From a virus (Duplodnaviria > Caudoviricetes): a DNA stretch of 60,898 nucleotides. Below the pieces are notes generated by a model. The model was given only the letters and a program-made list of their open reading frames with translations. It made no database searches and was not told the origin of the DNA. The stretch spans positions 1 to 60,898 of the IMG/VR virus record IMGVR_UViG_3300030328_000942; one strand, written 5' to 3'. The translations under genes were made by a program, and so were the position numbers. Positions 1-9,605 of the stretch are shown in pieces. Within the stretch, counting starts at the first letter, position 1. Each line of letters begins with the position of its first letter.

Positions 1-1
1 A

Positions 2-86
2 GTGGTATGACGAGATAAAAGAAACGGATGTATTAATTTTCAAGCACAGAACAAGTGGGTTTGTTCCACGATTAAGTAGTAAGGAT
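2..86 (+). repeat. Terminal direct repeat (left copy), identical to 60814-60898; indicates a circular or circularly permuted assembly
   Basis: 85 nt gtggtatgacgag...gtagtaaggat match the last 85 nt exactly. Confidence 0.95.
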
Positions 87-281
87 GATACTCAAGTTTT
101 TAATTGGATGGACATCTACATCATAAGATATACTGAGGCGAATGGGCGAAAGTATGTAGTGGATGTTACTAATAATAAAGAGAAGTGGATACTCGAAAAC
201 AATTCCACAAGAGATGAAGACCAATTCGAAAAGTTGTCAGACTTTGACATCGAAAGACGAACAATTAAAATTTATAATTAA
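3..281 (+). CDS. 3' part of the junction-spanning hypothetical protein that starts at 60611
   Basis: Manual translation WYDEIKETD...RRTIKIYN* is in frame with the 60611 ORF. Confidence 0.75.
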   Translation, partial: WYDEIKETDVLIFKHRTSGFVPRLSSKDDTQVFNWMDIYIIRYTEANGRKYVVDVTNNKEKWILENNSTRDEDQFEKLSDFDIERRTIKIYN

Positions 282-287
282 AATGAT

Positions 288-674
288 ATGGAAAATTCAC
301 AAACAAAAGAAACGCAAAAAAACTTTAACGCAATACAAAAAAATATTGCAAACAATTTAGAAAAAAAAGAACAAAGAAAAATGGATACTATGAAAGTAAA
401 AATTCAACAACGAAGTGTCTACCACAAATTTGCTGAGGTAGAGGTAGAAGTACCAAACAATTTAACAGACGACAAAATTCTTGATTACCTTTGGGACAAC
501 GAAGACTTATATGTAGACAAGATAGATGAGGCGATGAGCAAAGCATCTTACGAGTATGGCTTTGGCACAGATTCAGATGCCAATGCAGAATACAATTCTT
601 GTATGGATGAAGATGATTCAGAATCTGAATGGAGATTTGAATGTGAGGAATTAAAGATAGGTGGACATCTATAA
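288..674 (+). CDS. Hypothetical acidic early protein (start may be 381)
   Basis: ORF track; co-directional with early gene run. Confidence 0.7.
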   Translation: MENSQTKETQKNFNAIQKNIANNLEKKEQRKMDTMKVKIQQRSVYHKFAEVEVEVPNNLTDDKILDYLWDNEDLYVDKIDEAMSKASYEYGFGTDSDANAEYNSCMDEDDSESEWRFECEELKIGGHL

Positions 675-688
675 TATAAATCAGAGCG

Positions 689-704
689 GTGTCTTCAAAG
701 ACAC
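689..704 (+). repeat. 16-bp palindrome copy 1 (GTGTCTTCAAAGACAC), intergenic, stem extended by GAGCG/TGCTC
   Basis: Read directly. Confidence 0.95.
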
Positions 705-725
705 TGCTCATAAAATTAAATTAAA

Positions 726-1124
726 ATGAAAGTAGAAGTAATTAGTACAGAGGGATTGGACAAAAAAACTATCGAGAAGATAGAGAGTCCAATGACATTT
801 AATCAATGGTGGTTTGAAAACGAAACCACTTTTGTAGAGATACAAAATTCTAAAGGAGAAATCATTAGGGTGTTTCCCGAAAGAATTATCCCATCTCTTA
901 AAGAAGTATCAAGCGAAGACTTGAGACAAGAACTAAAGCTGAGAGGTTACCAAACAGATAACCTATGGCAAGTGGATGATGTAATGCAGAACTATGATTG
1001 TGAAAGTGAAGAGGCACAAGAAGTATTGATTAAAGCATTAGACAATGAAGCCACGATGGAACAAGTTTATCTTGCGATAGACATTATAGCAGACGAAGTG
1101 TTTAACTTAAAAAAGAAATCATAA
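726..1124 (+). CDS. Hypothetical protein
   Basis: ORF track; AT-rich leader; stop overlaps next start. Confidence 0.75.
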   Translation: MKVEVISTEGLDKKTIEKIESPMTFNQWWFENETTFVEIQNSKGEIIRVFPERIIPSLKEVSSEDLRQELKLRGYQTDNLWQVDDVMQNYDCESEEAQEVLIKALDNEATMEQVYLAIDIIADEVFNLKKKS

Positions 1125-1438
1125 TGGCAATGTATATAACTAAAGACAATTTTGTTTGGTTGGATGTAACCGACAGAATGAAATACGCACAAGGAAATGA
1201 GCGTGATGAGATATGGGTAGGCAACGACTTGTATGTAATTCACGAGGATGATAGCGAATCCCTGCTTGAGTCACACGATGAGATAGATGAGGCACTGAAG
1301 TTAGGACTAAAGATTGGTATCGAAGTGGGATTCCTACCAAAAAAGAAACCAACATCATTGCTCAATTGGGAGGAAGTAGATAAAAAAATAATCAATGGAC
1401 ATTGGTGGGTAAAATATGGCTCCCAAAAATTTGGATAG
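1124..1438 (+). CDS. Hypothetical protein
   Basis: ORF track; TAATG coupling. Confidence 0.75.
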   Translation: MAMYITKDNFVWLDVTDRMKYAQGNERDEIWVGNDLYVIHEDDSESLLESHDEIDEALKLGLKIGIEVGFLPKKKPTSLLNWEEVDKKIINGHWWVKYGSQKFG

Positions 1439-1461
1439 TATAAATAAATGTACTATCTTTG
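1430..1461 (+). promoter_or_regulatory. Bacteroidota sigma-A-type promoter (-33 TTTG, 20-nt spacer, -7 TATCTTTG)
   Basis: TTTG 1430-1433 and TATCTTTG 1454-1461 match the established TTTG/TAnnTTTG consensus. Confidence 0.8.
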
Positions 1462-1496
1462 AACAGAAATCAAACATTAATTAAATATAAAAGACA

Positions 1497-1760
1497 ATGG
1501 CAAAATTAATAAAATCAAACGGAGAAGTTATCGAGAACTATAAAGCTATAGGACTTAAAGCAAAACAAAAAGCAGTAGGCGGATACATTGAAGCAGTGTA
1601 TACCGACAAGTATGTAATCTTTTGTAATGAAGAAGGATTGCTTTACCAACTCCCAATGAACTTAGAAGTGTCTGCGTTATGCGGGAAAGTAATAGTAGGA
1701 GATTGCGTAGTGATGACACAGAAAGAATCTATGGAGGAAGAAAGGGGGATGGACTCGTGA
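1497..1760 (+). CDS. DUF3846-like protein
   Basis: QKAVGGYIEAV...CNEEGLL...LPMN...IVGD motif pattern. Confidence 0.7.
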   Translation: MAKLIKSNGEVIENYKAIGLKAKQKAVGGYIEAVYTDKYVIFCNEEGLLYQLPMNLEVSALCGKVIVGDCVVMTQKESMEEERGMDS

Positions 1761-1894
1761 ACATAAAAGCGTGGAGTATAGAAATCATATGGGAGGACGG
1801 AACAATTGAAAGATTGGATAGCGTCCCTCATTATGTGTCAAGAGAAGTAAACAATCATCTTGATATAATAGAAGAAGTTAAAAATTTAAATTAA
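1757..1894 (+). CDS. Small hypothetical protein (GTG start overlapping the previous stop)
   Basis: 3' part of track ORF 1679-1894; GTGA overlap. Confidence 0.55.
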   Translation: MNIKAWSIEIIWEDGTIERLDSVPHYVSREVNNHLDIIEEVKNLN

Positions 1895-1899
1895 ATAAA

Positions 1900-2238
1900 A
1901 TGAAAGCAATATATTTAAAAGAAGCAACGGCAGAAAAATTAAGACCAAATTCTGATTCGAATTTTATCAGACGAATGCAACAACTTGCAGACAAAGAAAA
2001 AGAATTTACATTGAGTGTCTTCAAAGACACGGGTAGGTTAATGAATCGACTTGACTTTGTAAAGAACTTTAGCTTTGATTCCTTAAACGATAACACAGAT
2101 ATGGTGATGACTTATATCGATGGGTTATACATTGAGAAGTTAAAGGATGGTACTTGGTACACACAAGGAGTGCAGGACACAGATATAAATGTGATAGAAG
2201 AAATTCTTTTCAACTCCATAGGGGGTTATGATGAATAG
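1900..2238 (+). CDS. Hypothetical protein
   Basis: ORF track. Confidence 0.75.
   Translation: MKAIYLKEATAEKLRPNSDSNFIRRMQQLADKEKEFTLSVFKDTGRLMNRLDFVKNFSFDSLNDNTDMVMTYIDGLYIEKLKDGTWYTQGVQDTDINVIEEILFNSIGGYDE
2015..2030 (+). repeat. 16-bp palindrome copy 2 (TTCAAA centre), inside CDS (encodes SVFKDT)
   Basis: Read directly. Confidence 0.95.
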
Positions 2239-2323
2239 TTTCGAGCAAACAATGATAGCAATAATCCTCGTTCAATTTATTGGATGGGGATTAATTTATT
2301 TATGGACTAAAACAAATAAGTAA
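2231..2323 (+). CDS. 30-aa single-TM peptide
   Basis: MNSFEQTMIAIILVQFIGWGLIYLWTKTNK*; overlaps both neighbours. Confidence 0.5.
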   Translation: MNSFEQTMIAIILVQFIGWGLIYLWTKTNK

Positions 2324-2613
2324 TGAGTAAAGAAAAGACAGAAGAACTAATAAAAGAAGAGGCGAGAAAAATAGTAATGCTCCTCCTTGAAAAGAACAAA
2401 GCGTATGGCGACACCGCAAACAATCCTCCGAAAATATTCAGCAAGTTAGAGGCAGTGGAAGGTTTGTGTGCAAGGATAGATGACAAGCTATCAAGAATAA
2501 AGATGCGTGGAATAACTGACGCAACTGAAGATAGCGTCAGCGACTTAATCGGATACTTAATTTTATTGAAAGTACAACTCAAAAAGAATAGAAAAAATTT
2601 GGACAAGAAATAA
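2323..2613 (+). CDS. DUF1599 / nucleotide-modification-associated domain 1-like protein
   Basis: KNKAYGD...RIDDKLSRI...EDSVSDLIGYLILL motif. Confidence 0.7.
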   Translation: MSKEKTEELIKEEARKIVMLLLEKNKAYGDTANNPPKIFSKLEAVEGLCARIDDKLSRIKMRGITDATEDSVSDLIGYLILLKVQLKKNRKNLDKK

Positions 2614-2629
2614 ACATTGTTTATATTTA
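2598..2629 (+). promoter_or_regulatory. Probable Bacteroidota-type promoter (TTTG-20 nt-TATATTTA)
   Basis: One mismatch to the -7 consensus, canonical spacing. Confidence 0.5.
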
Positions 2630-2656
2630 CCTAATCAAAAATCAAATTAAATTATT

Positions 2657-2857
2657 ATGTCAAAATCAAAAAGAATGTTCACCGAAATGCGTGAACAAAG
2701 CCAAGACTCACACATCGATGCAGAGTATCGATACGACCAATGGATGAGTCAGTTAAATCAAAAACAAAATCACAAGTCTAACTCAGCAGTAGAAATTCTC
2801 GATGAAGTATTTAAATCATACGGGGAAATCTTCGGCTCTAAATCTAATGAAGAATGA
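2657..2857 (+). CDS. Hypothetical protein
   Basis: ORF track. Confidence 0.7.
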   Translation: MSKSKRMFTEMREQSQDSHIDAEYRYDQWMSQLNQKQNHKSNSAVEILDEVFKSYGEIFGSKSNEE

Positions 2858-3147
2858 AACAAGTAGCTTTCGATGAGTACCTAAAAGTAGTGTGCGAAAT
2901 GTTCGGTATTACACAAGAAGATTTGATGACCAAATCTAAGCGAAGAGATATTGTAGATGCACGACATCTTCTATATTATCTGTGCTACCACAGACCAATG
3001 CAAATAAGATACATCCAAGAGTATATGGGGAAGTATGGTTATAAGGTTGGGCATTCTACAATTATACACGGTATCGATACGGTATCCGATAAAGTAGAGG
3101 TAGATGTGGACTACCAAAAGATAGTAACTCAAATGAATATTATCTAA
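2854..3147 (+). CDS. Stand-alone DnaA C-terminal (domain IV)-like HTH protein
   Basis: KSKRRDIVDARHLLYYLC...HSTIIHG resembles DnaA domain IV (R..IV.ARQ.AMYL...DHTTV.HA). Confidence 0.75.
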   Translation: MKQVAFDEYLKVVCEMFGITQEDLMTKSKRRDIVDARHLLYYLCYHRPMQIRYIQEYMGKYGYKVGHSTIIHGIDTVSDKVEVDVDYQKIVTQMNII

Positions 3148-3578
3148 TGACTTATACTATGCAAGACATAATGAATCAAGCAATGGAAGACGAGTTTAGT
3201 GCAAACTTAAATGGGAAAACCTACACTGCAAGGTTGCTTTATGGATGTAAGATAAGTCAAGACGCAGAAACAAAAGAGATTCAAATCCTCAACACCTCAT
3301 TGGGTGGAGAGTGGTATTCCAAAGTCGACAACAATCAAATAAATATTTTTTTAGAAAAAGGTTGGAGAATTGGAGTGTATGAATTATCTTTGTCTAACTA
3401 TCGTTTAAAACTTGACAAGATTGAATTGTCGGTAAAGAAAGAAATGAATGGTAGGCGAAATCCTAAACAGATTCAGTCATTAAAATCTGCGAGGGAAAAT
3501 ATACTAAGGAAGTATAGTAAAATTAAATATAAATTAAATCAAGAATCAAATGGCAAAATTAAAAACGGTAAACATTAA
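3147..3578 (+). CDS. Hypothetical protein
   Basis: ORF track; coupled to neighbours. Confidence 0.75.
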   Translation: MTYTMQDIMNQAMEDEFSANLNGKTYTARLLYGCKISQDAETKEIQILNTSLGGEWYSKVDNNQINIFLEKGWRIGVYELSLSNYRLKLDKIELSVKKEMNGRRNPKQIQSLKSARENILRKYSKIKYKLNQESNGKIKNGKH

Positions 3579-4077
3579 AGGTAAAGAATATGTTGAAGTA
3601 AATGAAAGACTAAAGTATTTCAGAAAAACATATTCCAATTATTCTCTAACATCAGAAGTGATAGAGAAGACAGACAAGACAATCCTAATCCTCGCATCTA
3701 TTATAAATGAAGATGGTAGAGTCATAGCTAATGGTATGGCAGAGGAAGAGAAAGGGAGTACCTTCATTAATAAAACATCATATGTAGAGAACTGCGAAAC
3801 ATCTGCTTGGGGTAGAGCGTTAGCTAACTTTGGTATCGGACTTGATACCTCAGTCGCATCAGCAGAGGAAGTGCAGAATGCTATTAAGAACCAAGACAAA
3901 GTGTCTTCAAAGACACCGACTAATATAGTGTTAGATATTGGTGATGATAATTGGGAAAAGGTTTTAAGCTATGTGGTTGCTAATAAAGAAAAAGGATTAG
4001 GGGCTATCGTTAAAACTTTACAGACCAAATATCAAATAGCAAATAAAGTTAAAACTGAAATCAAAAAACATCTATAA
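3550..4077 (+). CDS. Putative single-strand annealing protein (Sak/Rad52-like)
   Basis: IKGKEYVEVNERL...ENCETSAWGRALANFGIG motif; adjacent to exonuclease and SSB. Confidence 0.6.
   Translation: MAKLKTVNIKGKEYVEVNERLKYFRKTYSNYSLTSEVIEKTDKTILILASIINEDGRVIANGMAEEEKGSTFINKTSYVENCETSAWGRALANFGIGLDTSVASAEEVQNAIKNQDKVSSKTPTNIVLDIGDDNWEKVLSYVVANKEKGLGAIVKTLQTKYQIANKVKTEIKKHL
3901..3916 (+). repeat. 16-bp palindrome copy 3 (TTCAAA), inside CDS (VSSKT)
   Basis: Read directly. Confidence 0.95.
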
Positions 4078-4078
4078 T

Positions 4079-4834
4079 ATGACAACACAAAAAATTATCG
4101 AGACACTAAAGGATGATAATGAATACTATAATGGATTGGGTAGAAAGTATCTATCCAATTCAGATATAGGAACTCTCCTCAAAAATCCACGAGACTTTGG
4201 TAGAAAATTAGAAGACTCAAAAGAATTTGCAATGGGAAGATATTTCCATCAACTTTTTCTTGAGCCGTCTAAAGCTAAGGAGTGGGAATTTATTGATGTA
4301 TCATCTCGTAATACTAAGAAGTATAAAGAGTATGTCGCAGAACTACAAGAGAGTAGTAATAGAGAAAGAAACTTTGCTTTACTCCAAAAAGAAAAGGAGG
4401 ATGTAGAAAGATGGGTTGATGCAATGAAAACTAACATTGACTTTTTCGATTATATCAATGACTCTTCTAACAAGTACGAGGTACCTAACATTAAAGAGAT
4501 ATGTGGTGAAACTTGGAAAGGGAAGGCAGATATTGTAGGCAAAGATTTTATCTACGATTTGAAAACAACAAGTAATATTTTTGATTTTAAATGGAACTCT
4601 CGTAAGTATAATTACGATAGTCAAGCGTATATCTATCAAGAATTATTTGGTAAACCTATGGTCTTCTTAGTTATTGATAAGACTAACTTAATGATGGGAT
4701 TCTTTTCAGTAAGTGAGGAATCATTAGACAGAGGTAAACAGAAAGTAGAAAGAGCAATAGAGGTGTATAGAAAATTCTATGGAGAGAATCCATCAGAAGA
4801 TATAAACCAATATTATTTATATGAAGAAGTTTAA
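4079..4834 (+). CDS. PD-(D/E)XK exonuclease, RecE/DUF3799-like
   Basis: LSNSDI...GRYFH...KGKADI...DLKTT...YDSQAYIY motifs. Confidence 0.8.
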   Translation: MTTQKIIETLKDDNEYYNGLGRKYLSNSDIGTLLKNPRDFGRKLEDSKEFAMGRYFHQLFLEPSKAKEWEFIDVSSRNTKKYKEYVAELQESSNRERNFALLQKEKEDVERWVDAMKTNIDFFDYINDSSNKYEVPNIKEICGETWKGKADIVGKDFIYDLKTTSNIFDFKWNSRKYNYDSQAYIYQELFGKPMVFLVIDKTNLMMGFFSVSEESLDRGKQKVERAIEVYRKFYGENPSEDINQYYLYEEV

Positions 4835-4985
4835 AAAATTTATAGTGTCTTTAAAGACACGACTATTTAAAAGAAACCGAATCTCAATAGTGGAAGTTCC
4901 AAACACTTGTGAGAGTCGTGCCGAAAAAAATAAAGTAATAAAGGCAACATTAAAATTCTTGGAACAACACATTATAATAAATTAA
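4821..4985 (+). CDS. 54-aa hypothetical protein (below ORF-track cut-off)
   Basis: MKKFKKFIVSLKTRLF...HIIIN* fills the gap between exonuclease and SSB. Confidence 0.5.
   Translation: MKKFKKFIVSLKTRLFKRNRISIVEVPNTCESRAEKNKVIKATLKFLEQHIIIN
4845..4860. repeat. 16-bp palindrome copy 4 (perfect, TTTAAA centre)
   Basis: Read directly. Confidence 0.95.
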
Positions 4986-4987
4986 TT

Positions 4988-5266
4988 ATGGCAAATGAAA
5001 ACAACGATGAGAAAATATTTGCGGATGGTTTCTCATTTAAGCGTCAAGAAAACTCTCCCGACTTTGTAGTAGGAAGAGTATCAGTTAAGTGTGATGAAGC
5101 AATAGCTTTTATGAAAAAGCACACAAAGAATGGTTGGTTAAACCTAAACATCAAGTACGCTAAAAGCGGTAAACCCTATATGGAACTTGATACTTGGGAG
5201 CCAACTAATAAAACTCAGGCGGTTAAAGAGCCCGTTGCACAAGCATCGGATGACTTACCGTTTTAG
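4988..5266 (+). CDS. Putative single-stranded DNA-binding protein
   Basis: Beta-rich core with acidic DDLPF C-terminus; recombination module context. Confidence 0.65.
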   Translation: MANENNDEKIFADGFSFKRQENSPDFVVGRVSVKCDEAIAFMKKHTKNGWLNLNIKYAKSGKPYMELDTWEPTNKTQAVKEPVAQASDDLPF

Positions 5267-5292
5267 TTGAGTGTTAATCATTTTTTAATTGT

Positions 5293-5323
5293 GAGGGGTG
5301 TCTTCAAAGACACCTCTCTTTTT
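5293..5323 (+). terminator. Intrinsic terminator whose stem is palindrome copy 5 (5298-5313)
   Basis: GAGGG-GTGTCTTCAAAGACAC-CTCTC-TTTTT downstream of the SSB gene. Confidence 0.75.
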
Positions 5324-5339
5324 GACCAATGAGTGACAA

Positions 5340-5480
5340 GATTAGAAAGCTTTTAGTTATATTATTTATTATATCTCTTTTATTTTTTTTTATAGTATGA
5401 TAGAAAAAAGTTAACAAAGTAAGCAACTCATTGATAATCAGCAACAAACCAAACACAAACTCGACACTAAGTCAACACTA
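5340..5480 (+). other. Origin-like element A: AT-rich tract, IHF-consensus box (5424-5436), 11-bp iterons (5458-5479)
   Basis: CAACTCATTGATA fits YAANNNNTTGATW; AACTCGACACT-AAGTCAACACT tandem; directly upstream of primase-helicase. Confidence 0.55.
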
Positions 5481-5491
5481 AAATTAAATTT

Positions 5492-7906
5492 ATGACATCA
5501 AAGATTACAATATTCAGAAACATTAAGGAGACAGATGCTCCTTTTCACAGAGAGGTAGAACACATTATAGAACGAATAAAGAATGGGGCAAGTAAAGATT
5601 TAGTAAAGCGTATCCGTTTAGAACAACGCAAGGCAGAGCGTAATGAACTAAAGAAACAACTACCCGCTATTTGTTTTAGTGGATACTTCACTAAAAGAAA
5701 CGATAATTCAATTCAGGAACATTCAGGTCTTATTTGTTTAGACTTCGATGGGTACGAGAAGAATAAAGAATTATTACAAGACAAAGAAAACATAACCAAA
5801 TCACCCTATACTTATTCAGTATTTATTTCTCCAAGCGGTAAAGGTTTAAAGGTATTAGTTAAGATACCTCAAGATGTAGACAACCACGTTAACTACTTTA
5901 ATAGTTTAGAAAAACATTTTAATAACGACAAGTTTGATATAGCTTGTAAAAATCTTTCTCGTGTTTGTTACGAATCATACGACCCGTTGATATACGTTAA
6001 TGAGAACTCTTCTATATGGGATAAGATAGAAGAAAAAGAATACCAAGAGAAACATCAATACAGAGATACTCCTACGATACCAATCACAGATGAGAATAGA
6101 ATTGTAGATATTCTAATTAAGTGGTGGACTAAAAAGTATCCAATGAATGAAGGCAGTCGAAATAATAACTGCTATGTTCTTGCCGCAGCCTTTAATGATT
6201 TTGGTATAAACAAATCGTTAGCGGGTTATGTAATGTCAAACTACCAAACCTCAGACTTTAATGAGGCAGAGATAAATCGGACTATAGATTCAGCATATGC
6301 AAACACACAAAACTTTGGAACTAAATACTATGAGGATGAAGAGCGTGTTCAGAATCTAAAAATAAAACTGAAGCGAGGTGCTTCAAAAAAAGAACTCCGT
6401 TCTCAACTCGAAGAGTCTCAAGTAGAGGACGAAGTAATAGAGGCAGTGCTTACTCGTATAGATGAAGAAGCACAAGAGACTCAGTTTTGGACTAAGAATG
6501 AAAAAGGTGTAATCAAAATTGTACACATTCTTTTTAAACAATTCTTAGAAGACAATGGTTTCTATAAGTATTGTCCCGAAGGAAGTAAGAATTATGTATT
6601 TGTTAAGGTAACCAACAACTTAATAGACCATACAGATGAGAAAGAAATAAAAGACTTTATTCTGAATCACCTCATCGAGATAGATGACTTAAGTATTTAC
6701 AATTACTTTGCAGATAAAACAAGATTCTTTGAGGAGAGATTTTTAACTCTATTAAATACAATAGATATTTATTTTATAGAAGACAATAAAGACACCTCCT
6801 ATTTATACTTTAGAAACTGTGCGGTTAAGATTACCAATAACGAAGTGGTGATGATTGACTACATAGACTTAGGCGGGTACGTATGGAAAGACCACGTTAT
6901 TAATAGAAGCTTTTCATTATGTGATTCAAACACAGATTATAAAAAATTTATATCTAACATTTGTAAAGGAGAAGAAGATAGGATTAAGTCTATGGAATCT
7001 ACAATTGGATTTATGATGCACGGACATAAGAATCTTTCTTACTGCCCCGCAGTTATATTAAACGATGAGGTTATCTCTGATAATCCTGAAGGCGGTACGG
7101 GAAAAGGAATCTTTATGAACGCATTAGCCCAAATGAAAAAGGTGGTTACGATAGATGGAAAGTCTTTCACTTTTGAAAGGTCGTTTGCTTATCAACTTGT
7201 TAGTGCTGACACACAGATACTTGTGTTCGATGATGTAAAAAAATACTTTGACTTCGAAAGATTATTCTCAGTTGTAACCGAAGGATTAACTCTTGAAAAG
7301 AAAAACAAAGATGCGATTAAGATACCATTTGAAAAGTCTCCGAAGATAGCTATCACTACGAACTACGCTATAAAAGGAAGCGGTAATTCTTTTGCTCGTA
7401 GAAAATGGGAATTAGAATTACATCAGCATTATACTAAAAACTTTACACCATTAGATGAATTTACTAAACTCTTCTTTGGAGATTGGAATGATGATGAGTG
7501 GTGTGCGTTTGATAACTATATGATTGAATGTTTACAAGGATACCTCAACACAGGGTTAGTCGAAAGTAAGTTTGTAAATTTAAAGATAAGACAACTGAGT
7601 GCAGAAACTTCCCACGACTTCATCGAATGGTGTGGATTAATAAACGGTAGCCAAGCTAACGACTTACTTGTCATTGATTATAAGATAAGATTACACGAGG
7701 CTTACTTAGATTTCATAGAGCAGTATCCTGACTATGCACCAAAGGCAAAGCTAACTATTAGTAGAATTAGATTTAATAAATGGATGTCTGCTTTTGCAAG
7801 ATTCAAGACAGGTGTAAACGCTGAAGAGGGAAGAGACAACACGGGAAGATGGATGCGATTAAAAAGAATAGATGAGGTTAATACACAAACAAACTTGAAT
7901 GTCTGA
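5492..7906 (+). CDS. Primase-helicase (BT4734/VirE-N-like N-terminus, PriCT-like region, C-terminal P-loop helicase)
   Basis: SGLICLDFD...FISPSGKGLK primase-polymerase motifs; EGSRNN PriCT; GGTGKG Walker A, LVFDD Walker B, ITTNY motif C. Confidence 0.85.
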   Translation: MTSKITIFRNIKETDAPFHREVEHIIERIKNGASKDLVKRIRLEQRKAERNELKKQLPAICFSGYFTKRNDNSIQEHSGLICLDFDGYEKNKELLQDKENITKSPYTYSVFISPSGKGLKVLVKIPQDVDNHVNYFNSLEKHFNNDKFDIACKNLSRVCYESYDPLIYVNENSSIWDKIEEKEYQEKHQYRDTPTIPITDENRIVDILIKWWTKKYPMNEGSRNNNCYVLAAAFNDFGINKSLAGYVMSNYQTSDFNEAEINRTIDSAYANTQNFGTKYYEDEERVQNLKIKLKRGASKKELRSQLEESQVEDEVIEAVLTRIDEEAQETQFWTKNEKGVIKIVHILFKQFLEDNGFYKYCPEGSKNYVFVKVTNNLIDHTDEKEIKDFILNHLIEIDDLSIYNYFADKTRFFEERFLTLLNTIDIYFIEDNKDTSYLYFRNCAVKITNNEVVMIDYIDLGGYVWKDHVINRSFSLCDSNTDYKKFISNICKGEEDRIKSMESTIGFMMHGHKNLSYCPAVILNDEVISDNPEGGTGKGIFMNALAQMKKVVTIDGKSFTFERSFAYQLVSADTQILVFDDVKKYFDFERLFSVVTEGLTLEKKNKDAIKIPFEKSPKIAITTNYAIKGSGNSFARRKWELELHQHYTKNFTPLDEFTKLFFGDWNDDEWCAFDNYMIECLQGYLNTGLVESKFVNLKIRQLSAETSHDFIEWCGLINGSQANDLLVIDYKIRLHEAYLDFIEQYPDYAPKAKLTISRIRFNKWMSAFARFKTGVNAEEGRDNTGRWMRLKRIDEVNTQTNLNV

Positions 7907-8144
7907 TATAAACCGAGCAATGATTAATTCTTTAAATGTTTTTACAGGACATAAAACTTTAATTGAATTAATATTAAGTGATGAAGGATACTTTGTATTC
8001 AACCCTGAAAAGCCCGTGTCTTTAAAGACACTACAAATTATGCTTGATTACTTTGTCTCGGTAGAAGATTATGAAAGATGTGGTATAGTGCAGAAACTAA
8101 TTAAAGATGGAAGTATAATAGGTAAAGACTTAAGAGATGTTTAA
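7899..8144 (+). CDS. Hypothetical protein with UvrB/C-like helical motif
   Basis: YFVSVEDYERCGIV motif. Confidence 0.6.
   Translation: MSDINRAMINSLNVFTGHKTLIELILSDEGYFVFNPEKPVSLKTLQIMLDYFVSVEDYERCGIVQKLIKDGSIIGKDLRDV
8016..8031. repeat. 16-bp palindrome copy 6 (TTTAAA), inside CDS (VSLKT)
   Basis: Read directly. Confidence 0.95.
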
Positions 8145-9372
8145 ATACAGAGAGTACCAATGGAGAATAATAGACGAGGCTGCGGAGATATGTGCGAAAT
8201 ATAAATTCGTTTACTTAGCTATGCAGGTACGTACAGGTAAAACTCTTACAAGTCTTGGTTTAGCTAACTCCTTGCAAAGTAAAAATGTATTGTTTGTTAC
8301 CAAGAAAAAAGCCATACCAAGTATTCAAGATGATTACTTTACCCTTAACCCTGCTTTTGAAATTTGTATTATTAATTATGAATCATTACATAAGGTGAGT
8401 GACCTTGATTATGATATGATAATTTTAGACGAAGCTCATACGCTTGGTGCGTATCCTAAACCAAGCAAGAGAGCGAAGCAAGTTAAAGAGCTAATTAAAA
8501 AATATAAAAAATCATATGTGTGTTTGATGTCAGGAACCCCAACACCTGAGAGTTACAGTCAGATGTTTCATCAGGTGTATGGGATTCCAAATAACCCTTT
8601 CAAAAACTACGTTAATTTTTACAAGTTTGCTAAAGACTATGTGAATATAAAACAAAGAAAGATTAATGCTTTATGGGTGAACGATTACTCACGAGGTTTA
8701 AAAACTATTCTTGACAAAGTTCAACCAATGACTATCTCTTTCACGCAACAAGAAGCGGGATTTGTAAATAAAATAAACGAAGAAGTCTTGCAAGTAAAAA
8801 TGAAACCCTCCACTTATTATACGGCTAATCAACTAAAAAAATACAGAGTAGTAGAAGGTAAAGAAGAAGTTATATTAGGAGATACCCCTGCTAAAATGAT
8901 GCAAAAGTTACATCAGATATTTTCCGGAACTTGTAAGTTTGAGTCAGGCAACTTTAAAGTATTTGATTTAAGTAAAGCAGAATTTATTAAGAGTTATTTT
9001 GCTGATAAAAAGATTGCTATCTTTTATAAATTTAAAGCGGAGTATGAAGCAATGAAAGAAGTTTTTGGAGATAAGCTATGTAATAATTTAAAAGACTTTG
9101 TTATTAGCGAAAGACATATTGCTTTACAAATTGTGAGCGGAAGAGAAGGAATCTCTTTAAAACAAGCAGACGCTTTGGTTTATTATAACATTGACTTTAG
9201 TGCCACAAGTTATTGGCAGTCAAGAGATAGGATGACTACTAAAGATAGAAAACAAAGTAAAGTATATTGGATATTTTCTGAAGGAGGAATTGAAAAAGAC
9301 ATTTATAAAGCAGTTGTAAAGAAAAAAGACTACACGGTAACTCACTTTAAAAGAGATTTATTAATTTTGTAA
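8137..9372 (+). CDS. SF2 (SNF2-like) helicase
   Basis: YREYQ Q-motif, VRTGKT, ILDEAH, MSGTP, GREGISL, QSRDR. Confidence 0.85.
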   Translation: MFKYREYQWRIIDEAAEICAKYKFVYLAMQVRTGKTLTSLGLANSLQSKNVLFVTKKKAIPSIQDDYFTLNPAFEICIINYESLHKVSDLDYDMIILDEAHTLGAYPKPSKRAKQVKELIKKYKKSYVCLMSGTPTPESYSQMFHQVYGIPNNPFKNYVNFYKFAKDYVNIKQRKINALWVNDYSRGLKTILDKVQPMTISFTQQEAGFVNKINEEVLQVKMKPSTYYTANQLKKYRVVEGKEEVILGDTPAKMMQKLHQIFSGTCKFESGNFKVFDLSKAEFIKSYFADKKIAIFYKFKAEYEAMKEVFGDKLCNNLKDFVISERHIALQIVSGREGISLKQADALVYYNIDFSATSYWQSRDRMTTKDRKQSKVYWIFSEGGIEKDIYKAVVKKKDYTVTHFKRDLLIL

Positions 9373-9374
9373 AG

Positions 9375-9605
9375 ATGAAAAAGTTTATTAACTTTTTGGT
9401 CATATGGATAAGTCAGAATCTCGCAATGCCCTTTTGGATTGTAGGACACATTCATTTATCTCACAATGTTTATGGTGATATAAAAGAAATTTTAGCCTCC
9501 GTTGGGATGAATATAATTGTATTAGCAGGATTCATAATGGATTATCGAAACAGTATTAAAGGTGACCGAACAACAGATACAAAAGAAAAGGATACAAGAA
9601 CTTGA
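9375..9605 (+). CDS. Small membrane protein
   Basis: Two hydrophobic segments. Confidence 0.6.
   Translation: MKKFINFLVIWISQNLAMPFWIVGHIHLSHNVYGDIKEILASVGMNIIVLAGFIMDYRNSIKGDRTTDTKEKDTRT

Noticed and set aside
2-86. 85-bp end repeat as a biological terminal repeat
   Set aside because: It falls mid-gene and looks like assembler overlap; true ends are more plausibly near 55 kb
163-360. Track ORF 163-360
   Set aside because: Overlaps the junction-spanning gene and the 288 gene in other frames
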